From positions 2,776,518 to 2,800,517 of the forward strand of contig NZ_JACBZP010000001.1 in the NCBI RefSeq assembly GCF_013409065.1: a DNA stretch of 24,000 nt. Reading direction: 5' to 3'. This stretch comes from Spelaeicoccus albus (GTDB taxonomy: Bacteria > Actinomycetota > Actinomycetes > Actinomycetales > Brevibacteriaceae). This document shows, in pieces, positions 11,377-18,348 of the stretch (position 1 is its first letter; every line of letters starts with the position of its first letter). The notes beneath the pieces were generated by a model. That model had not been told where the DNA came from and searched no databases. It saw only the letters and a program-made list of their open reading frames with translations. Both the position numbers and the translations under genes were made by a program.

Positions 11377-12450
11377 TTAAGCAATGCCTTCCTGTGAAAC
11401 GGTGCGTGGTAGGTAAGTCAGGCGGACGTCGTCGCCGATGGGCGCTACATCGTGCAAGCGCCAGCGGGACGCGTCCCGCAGTGTGCCGACGCCGATGTCG
11501 CCGATGAGGGGCCGGCCTGTCCCCAAGAGCGTCGGGGCCACGTAGACGACGATCCTGTCGATCAGGCCGCGTGCCAGAAACTCGCCGGCAACGGTGGGGC
11601 CGCCTTCGAGAAGGGCTCCGCGGTGGCCGCGTGCGTACAAGTCGGCGCATAGTCGATCGAGATCGACGCGGCCGGCCGGATCGGCGCCGAACTCGTCGGT
11701 CGTGCCGATCAAGGTCGGTGCCCGGCCATTGCGGACATTTGCTTCCGGCGGGGTGCGGCCCGAGGAATCAATGACGACGCGCAGGGGCTGGTCGGGCAGT
11801 TCGCGGCCGTCCGGGCCGCGCCGGGTGAGCCGCGGATCGTCGTGCAGCACGGTGCCGATACCCGCGATGACGGCGTCCGCGCGACGCCGCAAGGTTTGGG
11901 CGTCCTGACGTGACGCCTCGCTCGAGATCCATTGCGAGGTGCCGTCGGCTGCCGCAATCCGCCCGTCGAGGGTGGCAGCGGCTTTGTAGGTGACGTGAAT
12001 CCGCTTGGTCTCTTCGGCGATCAGCCATTCGTGATTGGCCTCGCGCGCTTCGGTCTCGCGGACGCCGCGCCGGACGGCGACGCCATGGGCCTCGAGCTGG
12101 TCGCCGCCGCCGGAATGGATCGGATCGGCAACGGCGAAGGCCACGGAGTCAATGCCGGCATCCAGCAGTGCCTGCGTGCACGGGGGAGTGCGGCCTTGGT
12201 GGCGGCACGGTTCGAGAGTGACGACTGCCGTGCCGCCGCGTGCGCGGTCTCCGGCGTTGCGCAGTGCGACGACTTCGGCGTGATCGCTGCCGGCGCGCGC
12301 GTGATATCCGCTGCCGACGACGTTCCCGTCGGCGTCCAGGATCACGGCGCCGACGCGCGGGTTCGGCGCGGTCAGCCCGGCTCCGCGGCGAGATTCGTCG
12401 ACAGCCTGCATCATTGCCGCGTCGATAGCGGTCCGGCCGGCCGGCGTCAT
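11377..12450 (-). CDS. ribD: Bifunctional diaminohydroxyphosphoribosylaminopyrimidine deaminase / 5-amino-6-(5-phosphoribosylamino)uracil reductase
   Basis: DHAEVVALRNAGDRARGGTAVVTLEPCRHQGRTPPCTQAL zinc deaminase motif; C-terminal reductase domain (AATLDGRIAAADGTSQWISS); directly after the FMN riboswitch. Confidence 0.95.
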   Translation of the reverse strand: MTPAGRTAIDAAMMQAVDESRRGAGLTAPNPRVGAVILDADGNVVGSGYHARAGSDHAEVVALRNAGDRARGGTAVVTLEPCRHQGRTPPCTQALLDAGIDSVAFAVADPIHSGGGDQLEAHGVAVRRGVRETEAREANHEWLIAEETKRIHVTYKAAATLDGRIAAADGTSQWISSEASRQDAQTLRRRADAVIAGIGTVLHDDPRLTRRGPDGRELPDQPLRVVIDSSGRTPPEANVRNGRAPTLIGTTDEFGADPAGRVDLDRLCADLYARGHRGALLEGGPTVAGEFLARGLIDRIVVYVAPTLLGTGRPLIGDIGVGTLRDASRWRLHDVAPIGDDVRLTYLPRTVSQEGIA

Positions 12451-12520
12451 GCGCTTCCCCTTACCGCCCGGGGTGCGCGAGCATTCGCGGTCGTCGACGG
12501 ACGACGGCGCGGTGCCGTGT

Positions 12521-12645
12521 GCTTCCTCCCATCCGGACTTTCACCGTCGGTTTCGGAATTTCACCGAATCAACCGTCCCGTATCGGGAGCGGGTCGCGGA
12601 CTATCACCGCCGGCTCGGATTTTCACCGACCCCGGAGCACTCTGC
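12521..12645 (-). promoter_or_regulatory. FMN riboswitch (RFN element)
   Basis: Reverse complement reads CTCCGGGGTCGGTGAAAATCCGAGCCGGCGGTGATAGTCCGCGACCCGC...GGTTGATTCGGTGAAATTCCGAAACCGACGGTGAAAGTCCGGATGGGAGGAAG, the classic RFN core, 70 nt upstream of ribD. Confidence 0.97.
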
Positions 12646-12671
12646 TTTCCACGATACCCCGAATCGTCGAA

Positions 12672-12724
12672 GGGTGAATAGATGCCCGGTTACCGGCCGC
12701 CGGTAACCGGGCATCTATTCACCC
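12672..12724. terminator. Perfect 53-nt palindrome overlapping the permease stop codon, candidate terminator / repeat element
   Basis: GGGTGAATAGATGCCCGGTTACCGG-CCG-CCGGTAACCGGGCATCTATTCACCC: 25-nt perfect arms with 3-nt loop; the TAG stop of the permease (12715-12717) lies within it. Confidence 0.75.
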
Positions 12725-14088
12725 GTCGACGTGGTGGCAGGGCGGTGTCGACGGATCGCCAGGCTCGCCAGTCCGATCAGCAGCCAGACGCCGGCAATGA
12801 TGAGGGCCAAATGGCTGGCCAGAGCGAGTACCGCCACGATGATGGCGATGCCGATGAGGGGGATGACGAGATGGCGGACGGGCCGCGTCGTGCGTTTGCC
12901 GACGATGTAGTACCCGATCACTGACACATGGAGGAAGACGAATGCCGTGAGTGCGCCGACCGTGACCATTGACGACAACAGGTCGAGGCCGTCGGGGCGG
13001 ACCGCGGCGGCGACGGCGATGACGATCGTGGCGGCCGCCGAAACGACTATGGCAACCCGCGGCGTGTGGCTGCGCGGGCTGATTTTGGCAAGGGCGCCCG
13101 GAAGCTGACCGTCCCGGGCCATTCCGTACATCAGCCTGCTGACGGCCGCTTGGGCGACAAGCGCCGAGAAGACGGGGCCGACAGCCTTGGTGATGGTGAC
13201 TGTCGTGCCGAACCAGCCGCCGATCGAGGACGAAAGCATGCTGTAGAACGCCGTTCCCTGGTCGGCCGGATGCGCGGTCAATTCCTGCGGCGTGGTGTGG
13301 ATCAACAAACTGCCCAGATAGGTCTGAGCCACGAAGAGCAGTCCGGCCAGACCAAGACAAAACAGAAGTGCCTGCCCGACTTGCTTCGTCGACCCGGTGG
13401 TCTCTTCGGCGAAGCTGGCGATCGCATCGAACCCGAGAAATGCCAGCACTGCGACCGAGACGGCCCCGATGATTCCCGCCGGCTCGAACCCGTGGAAGCC
13501 GATCAAGGGGGACAGCCATGGGCGCGCCGGACCCTGTGCGGCGATGACGATGACTGCCGCGACGGTGAACGCCGCCAGCACAACTATCTCGATGCCCACC
13601 ATCACCAGCCCGACGGTGGCGGCGAGTTTCACGCCGCCCAGATTGAGGCCGGTAATGATGATGATGCCAATCACCGTGAACAGCCAGACCGGAACACTCG
13701 GGATCAGTGCGTGGCTGGCGATTCCGGTGAACAGCGCGGCCATGCTGGGGATGAACAGGTAGTCGAGACCGATCATCCACCCGGCGATGAAACCGGGAGC
13801 GCGCCCGAGACCGGCAGTGGCGTAGGCGAACACCGACCCGGCCAGCGGTACGGCCCCCGACATTCGTGCATACGACCAGGCGGTGAACGCCATGGCAACT
13901 GTCGCAATGATGAAAACCAGTCCGACGGCGCCGTGGCTGCGGGCGTCGAGCACCCCGAAAGTGCCCATCGGTGCGGTCGGGCCGATGAACAACAGGCCGT
14001 AGACGACGAGGTCGCGGAGCGACAGGCTCCGCTTCAGTCGCGGCGCACCGGCGGGACCCGAGGCGGAATCGTCCTTGGCAGTGCGCAC
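12715..14088 (-). CDS. APC-superfamily amino acid/polyamine permease
   Basis: 457 aa with about 12 hydrophobic segments; N-terminal SLSLRDLVVYGLLFIGPTAPMGTFGVL and AFLGFDAIASFAEE motifs typical of the family. Confidence 0.88.
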   Translation of the reverse strand: MRTAKDDSASGPAGAPRLKRSLSLRDLVVYGLLFIGPTAPMGTFGVLDARSHGAVGLVFIIATVAMAFTAWSYARMSGAVPLAGSVFAYATAGLGRAPGFIAGWMIGLDYLFIPSMAALFTGIASHALIPSVPVWLFTVIGIIIITGLNLGGVKLAATVGLVMVGIEIVVLAAFTVAAVIVIAAQGPARPWLSPLIGFHGFEPAGIIGAVSVAVLAFLGFDAIASFAEETTGSTKQVGQALLFCLGLAGLLFVAQTYLGSLLIHTTPQELTAHPADQGTAFYSMLSSSIGGWFGTTVTITKAVGPVFSALVAQAAVSRLMYGMARDGQLPGALAKISPRSHTPRVAIVVSAAATIVIAVAAAVRPDGLDLLSSMVTVGALTAFVFLHVSVIGYYIVGKRTTRPVRHLVIPLIGIAIIVAVLALASHLALIIAGVWLLIGLASLAIRRHRPATTSTGE

Positions 14089-14097
14089 GCGCGCAGT

Positions 14098-14262
14098 TTA
14101 CCTGCTGATCAGGCCCGCGCTGTCATGGGCGACGATGCTGCGTTCGCGATCATTCATCCTGCCGACGACCGGCCATCCGGCCAATTTGCTTCGGCGGATA
14201 TCGATGATCTTGCGGCCGGCGATTTCAACGGTGATGAGGGATTTGGACTTCGAGTGAGCCAT
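14098..14262 (-). CDS. Small basic 54-aa hypothetical protein between ArsR-like gene and permease
   Basis: Reverse-strand ATG at 14262 preceded by AAGGAG (AATAAGGAGTAAAAATG); translates to MAHSKSKSLITVEIAGRKIIDIRRSKLAGWPVVGRMNDRERSIVAHDSAGLISR*. Gap of 2 nt to the ArsR stop and 9 nt to the permease start. Below the size cut-off of the supplied track. Confidence 0.6.
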   Translation of the reverse strand: MAHSKSKSLITVEIAGRKIIDIRRSKLAGWPVVGRMNDRERSIVAHDSAGLISR

Positions 14263-14264
14263 TT

Positions 14265-14882
14265 TTACTCCTTATTACTCTTTGGGTGGTCTGCGGTGTT
14301 TTGGGACGGACGATGGACAAGGCGGGAGAATCCGAAGAACCGGACGAACTCCGCGTCGCCGGGCTTATCCGCCCGCGGCGAGAGACGATCGTCATATTCG
14401 GCCAACAGGTTTTCGACGTCGCGATTGAACTTGGCGCTCTCATCCGGAGTCAGCCACGCGACCCGGGATGCGAAGAGGAGCGATTCGCGCCACTGCCGCG
14501 GTATCAGCCGGCGTTCCGTCACCCACTGACTCAGCCTGGTCGATTCGTGGATGGCGGTGGCCTCGTCGAAAGCGTCGCCGGCGGCGCTTCCGGACTCGTC
14601 GTCCGTGGGATCGACCCAGACGGCGCGTTCAACTCGGCGCCACGGGCGTTCTTTGCCTTCGCGCCCAGCAGCTTCGACAAATCCGTGTTTGGCCAGGGTG
14701 CGCAAATGGAATGAGCAGTTTTGCGGGCTTTCGCCGACCAGCGGGGCGCACTCGGTGGCGGTCGCCGTGTCCCGCGCCGCGAGGACCTCGAGCAGGGCCA
14801 GACGTACCGGATGGCTGAGTGCCCGGATGTCCTTCGGATCGCGCGCGTGGCGCTGCTTTCCGGAGCCTGGGTCGTCTGTCAT
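14265..14882 (-). CDS. ArsR-like winged-helix transcriptional regulator
   Basis: 205 aa: DIRALSHPVRLALLEVLAARDTATATECAPLVGESPQNCSFHLRTLAKHGFVEAAG is an ArsR-type wHTH; C-terminal extension of unknown role. Confidence 0.85.
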   Translation of the reverse strand: MTDDPGSGKQRHARDPKDIRALSHPVRLALLEVLAARDTATATECAPLVGESPQNCSFHLRTLAKHGFVEAAGREGKERPWRRVERAVWVDPTDDESGSAAGDAFDEATAIHESTRLSQWVTERRLIPRQWRESLLFASRVAWLTPDESAKFNRDVENLLAEYDDRLSPRADKPGDAEFVRFFGFSRLVHRPSQNTADHPKSNKE

Positions 14883-14900
14883 GCTTCAATGATAAAACGC

Positions 14901-14928
14901 GAAAGAACTCTTTCGAAACAATTCTTTC
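14901..14928. promoter_or_regulatory. Candidate operator upstream of the ArsR-like gene
   Basis: GAAAGAACTCTTTCGAAACAATTCTTTC; 24/28 positions match its own reverse complement; 18 bp before the ATG of the regulator, in an AT-rich patch. Confidence 0.55.
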
Positions 14929-15083
14929 ATGAGTTCGGTCACAGGACGGCAATTCGGCGAGATCCGTTTTTCGATTCGACTGTCATCGAGCCGCGCTGTC
15001 CGACCCGGCAAGGCCGCGTAGATGCCAACGGCTCGAACCTCGACCGACAGCGAAGGTGGGCAAGGGTCCGAGCCTGGTGAGTG

Positions 15084-15160
15084 TGGTGGGCCCAGAGGGA
15101 CTCGAACCCCCGACATCCACGGTGTAAACGTGGCGCTCTAACCAACTGAGCTATAGGCCC
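15084..15160 (-). tRNA. tRNA-Val (anticodon TAC), CCA encoded
   Basis: Reverse complement GGGCCTATAGCTCAGTTGGTTAGAGCGCCACGTTTACACCGTGGATGTCGGGGGTTCGAGTCCCTCTGGGCCCACCA folds as a cloverleaf; anticodon loop TTTACAC. Confidence 0.97.
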
Positions 15161-15253
15161 GCATCTGTGCGGTGTCGACCGAGTGGCTCTCATGCGCAGG
15201 CGACGATTGATTGTTCCATATTATCCGGCGTCGCGGCTACTCGAACTTCGCCG

Positions 15254-15282
15254 TTGACCGGCTTTCGGCGACGATCTAGCCT
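15254..15282 (+). promoter_or_regulatory. Possible sigma70-type promoter for the acyl-CoA dehydrogenase operon
   Basis: TTGACC - 17 nt - TAGCCT, about 70 bp upstream of the start codon; -10 is weak. Confidence 0.25.
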
Positions 15283-15352
15283 GAAAGCAACGAGTCGAAG
15301 CGGCCCGCGTGACGCGTGTGGGAGTGGCTATGGCACAGGGTGGGACGTGACC

Positions 15353-16498
15353 ATGGACTTCGGCTTCAGCTCAGACCAAGAGACCTTCCGAGCAAGTGTC
15401 CGCGAGTTCGCCCGGAGCACACTGGCCCCGCATGACGCCGAGGACGACGTGAACGGCGCCATGCGCCCGGAGATGCCCCGCCAAATGGCGAACATCGGCT
15501 TGACCGGCCTTCGTATTCCGGACAAGTACGGCGGGCAGGGCGCCGGCGCCCTCGAGGTCGGCATTGCTGCCGAAGAGGTCGCCCGCGCCGATCTGAACGC
15601 CTGTTACCTGATCGTCAATTCCACTCTCGTCAGTGAGATCATGCTCGGCGCGGCCGACGCTGACCAATGCCGTCGGTGGCTGCCCTCGATCGCCGACGGC
15701 AGTACCATTCCGGCGCTCGTGCTCACCGAGCCCGAACACGGATCGGATGCGGCGAGCCTGACCGTGAAAGCCGAGCCGGACGCCGGCGGATGGCGACTCA
15801 CCGGCGAGAAGACGTCCATCACCATGGGCATGTACGCCGACGTCGGCGTCGTCCTTGCGCGAACCGGGAATGCCGGGCCATCCGGCGTCAGCGCGTTCAT
15901 CGTCGACTTGGACGACGGGCACATCACCCGCTCGGTGTTCGACGATCTCGGCAACAGACCGATCGGCAGGGCCTCCATCTACTTTGACGGAATGCCAGTG
16001 CCCCGCGACGGCTTGCTCGGCGCCGAAGGCAGCGGATTCACCTCGGCCATGCGCGGCTTCGACTACTCCCGCGCGGTCATGGCCCTGGCGTGCCTCGGGA
16101 CCGCGGCGGCCGCGCTGGACGACGCAATCGGTTACGCCCGGATTCGCACTGCCTTCGGCGCGCCGATCGGCACGAACGAAGGCGTCGCGTTCCCGCTCGT
16201 TGAATGCGCCACGCGCCTGCGCGCGGCACGACTGCTCTGCTATGAAGCGCTGTGGCGCAAGGATCAGGGCATGCCGCACACCGTTGAAGCGAACATGGTC
16301 AAGTGGCTTGCCCCGAAGCTCGCCGTCGAGATCGTCCATCAGTCGCTTTTGACGTTCGGGCATACCGGATATTCGTCGGACAATCCGCAAGGTCGCAGGC
16401 TGCGCGACGTGATTGGCCTCGAGATCGGCGACGGCACCGCACAGATCACCAAGCTCGTAGTGGCACGCAATCTCCTCGGACGCGCAGCCGCACCGTGA
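15353..16498 (+). CDS. Acyl-CoA dehydrogenase family protein
   Basis: MDFGFSSDQETFRASVREFARSTLAPHDAEDD...GLTGLRIPDKYGGQGAGALEVGIAAEEVA...TEPEHGSDAASLTVKAE...FGHTGYSSDNPQGRRLRDVIGLEIGDGTAQITKLVVARNLLG. Track start 15167 is probably too early. Confidence 0.9.
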   Translation: MDFGFSSDQETFRASVREFARSTLAPHDAEDDVNGAMRPEMPRQMANIGLTGLRIPDKYGGQGAGALEVGIAAEEVARADLNACYLIVNSTLVSEIMLGAADADQCRRWLPSIADGSTIPALVLTEPEHGSDAASLTVKAEPDAGGWRLTGEKTSITMGMYADVGVVLARTGNAGPSGVSAFIVDLDDGHITRSVFDDLGNRPIGRASIYFDGMPVPRDGLLGAEGSGFTSAMRGFDYSRAVMALACLGTAAAALDDAIGYARIRTAFGAPIGTNEGVAFPLVECATRLRAARLLCYEALWRKDQGMPHTVEANMVKWLAPKLAVEIVHQSLLTFGHTGYSSDNPQGRRLRDVIGLEIGDGTAQITKLVVARNLLGRAAAP

Positions 16499-16541
16499 CG
16501 GACGTCGCCGTGCGGACCGCAATTGCAGAAAGGTCGGAACA

Positions 16542-17273
16542 ATGTCGAGGCAGCTGGCAATAGTGACCGGCGCGGGTTCGGGCATCGGCCGCGCCATTGC
16601 GTGGAAATTCGCCGATGCGGGCTACCAGGTGGTCGGTGCAGATCTCAACGACGATGCGGCGGCCGAATCCGCCGCCAAGTACCCCGACATGATGACCGCC
16701 GAGCACGTGGACGTCGCGGACGCCGAATCCGTCACCTCGCTCTGCCGTGCCGTGACCGCTATCGGGACGCCGGCGACAATCGTTAACGCGGCAGGCTGGG
16801 ACAGAACCGACAAATTCATCAACGAGGACGCCGAATTCGCCCGGAAAGTGGTCGAGATTAACTACCTCGGTCCCGTGGCCATGTGCCGGGAATTCGCCCG
16901 AGTCATGATCGATGCCGGACGCGGCGGACGCATCGTCAACATTGCCAGCGACGCCGGCCGCGTCGGAAGCGCGGGGGAGACCATCTACGCCGGCGCCAAG
17001 GGCGGCGTCATTGCATTCACCAAGTCCTTGGCGCGCGAACTGGCTCGAGACGGTATCAACGTCAACTGCGTGTGCCCCGGCCCGACCGACACGCCCTTGT
17101 TCGCCGCGCAGCCGGAGCATTTGCGCCAAGCGCTCATCAAATCGATACCGTTCCGACGAGTGGCCGAACCGTCGGAAATCGCGGACGCCGTATATTTCTT
17201 CGCGTCGCCGGCATCCCGCTACGTGACGGGGCAGATCCTCAGCGTCGATGGCGGGCTGACCATGGCGGGGTGA
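16542..17273 (+). CDS. SDR-family dehydrogenase, 2-hydroxycyclohexanecarboxyl-CoA dehydrogenase (BadH)-like
   Basis: TGAGSGIG cofactor motif, YAGAKGG active site; NAAGWDxxxxF, RIVNIASDAGRVGSAGE, NVNCVCPGPTDT and TGQILSVDGGLTMAG resemble BadH as recalled from the literature. Confidence 0.8.
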   Translation: MSRQLAIVTGAGSGIGRAIAWKFADAGYQVVGADLNDDAAAESAAKYPDMMTAEHVDVADAESVTSLCRAVTAIGTPATIVNAAGWDRTDKFINEDAEFARKVVEINYLGPVAMCREFARVMIDAGRGGRIVNIASDAGRVGSAGETIYAGAKGGVIAFTKSLARELARDGINVNCVCPGPTDTPLFAAQPEHLRQALIKSIPFRRVAEPSEIADAVYFFASPASRYVTGQILSVDGGLTMAG

Positions 17274-17352
17274 GAATCCGACGAAATCCGATGAAATCCG
17301 ATGAATTCCGAGGACGCGAACCGACGGACGAGGAGACGAGGGGACGACAACC

Positions 17353-18162
17353 ATGCACGACTCCGACTACGAGTACGTGACCTTTGCGCGCCGGGCCAAC
17401 GGCGTGCTGGTGATGACGCTTGACCGCCCGGACAAATACAACGCCGCCAACGAACAGATGCACGGCGAGTTGGCCAGGGTCTGGAAGGATGTTTCGGCCG
17501 ACGACGAGGTGCGCGTCGTCGTCGTGACGGGCGCCGGCCGTGCCTTTTCGGCCGGCGGCGACCTGGAAATGGTGCAGCGGATGGCCGGCGATCACGACCG
17601 CGTCTCGCACATGCTCATTGAAATGAGCGATCTCGTCGAGAACTTGCTGGATTGCTCGAAGCCCGTCGTGTCGGCCATCAACGGCGTCGCGGTCGGCGCC
17701 GGGCTGGTCATTGCGCTGCTGGCCGATATTTCGATATGCGCGGCCGATGCCAAACTCGGCGACGGGCACATCAAACTCGGCGTCGCGGCCGGCGATCACG
17801 CGGCCTTGATGTGGCCGCTGCTCATCGGACTGGCCAAGGCCCGGTACTACCTGCTGACGGGCGAGATGTTGACCGGAGCCGAGGCCGAGCGGCTCGGCAT
17901 GGTGTCGAAAAGCGTCGAGCCCGGCGACGTCATGCCCGAGGCCTTGCGCATTGCGGACGGTTTGGCCGCCGGACCCCAGCAAGCCATCCGACTGACTCGG
18001 CGGGCTTTGAACAACTGGGCCGCCGGATCGCGGGCGATTTTCGATCAGTCCGCGGCTTACGAGATGCTCACCTTCATGGGGCCGGACGTCGTCGAGGGCG
18101 CCGCCGCATTGCGCGAAAAGCGCGCTCCCGCTTTCCCGTCCGCCGCCCGCCGGGGCGATTGA
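17353..18162 (+). CDS. Crotonase / enoyl-CoA hydratase-isomerase family protein
   Basis: VLVMTLDRPDKYNAAN, GAGRAFSAGGDLEMVQR (oxyanion hole), AINGVAVGAGLVIALLADISICAADAKLGDGHIKLG. Confidence 0.88.
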   Translation: MHDSDYEYVTFARRANGVLVMTLDRPDKYNAANEQMHGELARVWKDVSADDEVRVVVVTGAGRAFSAGGDLEMVQRMAGDHDRVSHMLIEMSDLVENLLDCSKPVVSAINGVAVGAGLVIALLADISICAADAKLGDGHIKLGVAAGDHAALMWPLLIGLAKARYYLLTGEMLTGAEAERLGMVSKSVEPGDVMPEALRIADGLAAGPQQAIRLTRRALNNWAAGSRAIFDQSAAYEMLTFMGPDVVEGAAALREKRAPAFPSAARRGD

Positions 18163-18203
18163 GCCGCCGCGCGCTGCCCCCGTCGAGCCACGAAATTTGC
18201 TTA

Positions 18204-18278
18204 TTTGTGCATATGTCAGAACAAACTATTGACAGGGTCACGGCGATCCGGCAAAGTTATCCATGTCACGCCGGTGAC
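18204..18278 (+). promoter_or_regulatory. Candidate iol operon promoter/operator region
   Basis: AT-rich patch with TTTGT-N12-ACAAA (18204-18225), TTGACA (18229-18234) and GTCAC-GCCG-GTGAC (18265-18278) before iolC. Functional role not shown by sequence. Confidence 0.35.
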
Positions 18279-18348
18279 GAATGCCGGCGAACGGCAAGTT
18301 CGACCGGCAAGATCACTAGGGCAAGTGTGATAGGGAAAGCGGGGACGG

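Noticed and set aside
10787-11650. N-terminal half of the 706-aa ribBA-frame ORF
   Set aside because: This extension overlaps ribE and ribD in another frame and is junk-like; RibBA proper starts at MTADDVRL (10786).
12719-13780. 353-aa minus-strand alternate-frame ORF inside the permease gene
   Set aside because: His/Arg-rich +1 frame translation of the permease gene, whose own frame is strongly hydrophobic and family-like.
13066-14529. 487-aa plus-strand ORF spanning the permease, smORF and ArsR region
   Set aside because: Runs antisense across three better-supported genes; low-complexity charged composition.
14939-15193. 84-aa minus-strand ORF containing GPIAQLVRAPRLHRGCRGFESLWAH
   Set aside because: This resembles a familiar spurious ORF type near or over tRNA genes; the span overlaps tRNA-Val and has no coding support.
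15371-16597. 408-aa minus-strand ORF opposite the acyl-CoA dehydrogenase
   Set aside because: Shadow ORF; the plus strand carries conserved acyl-CoA dehydrogenase motifs.
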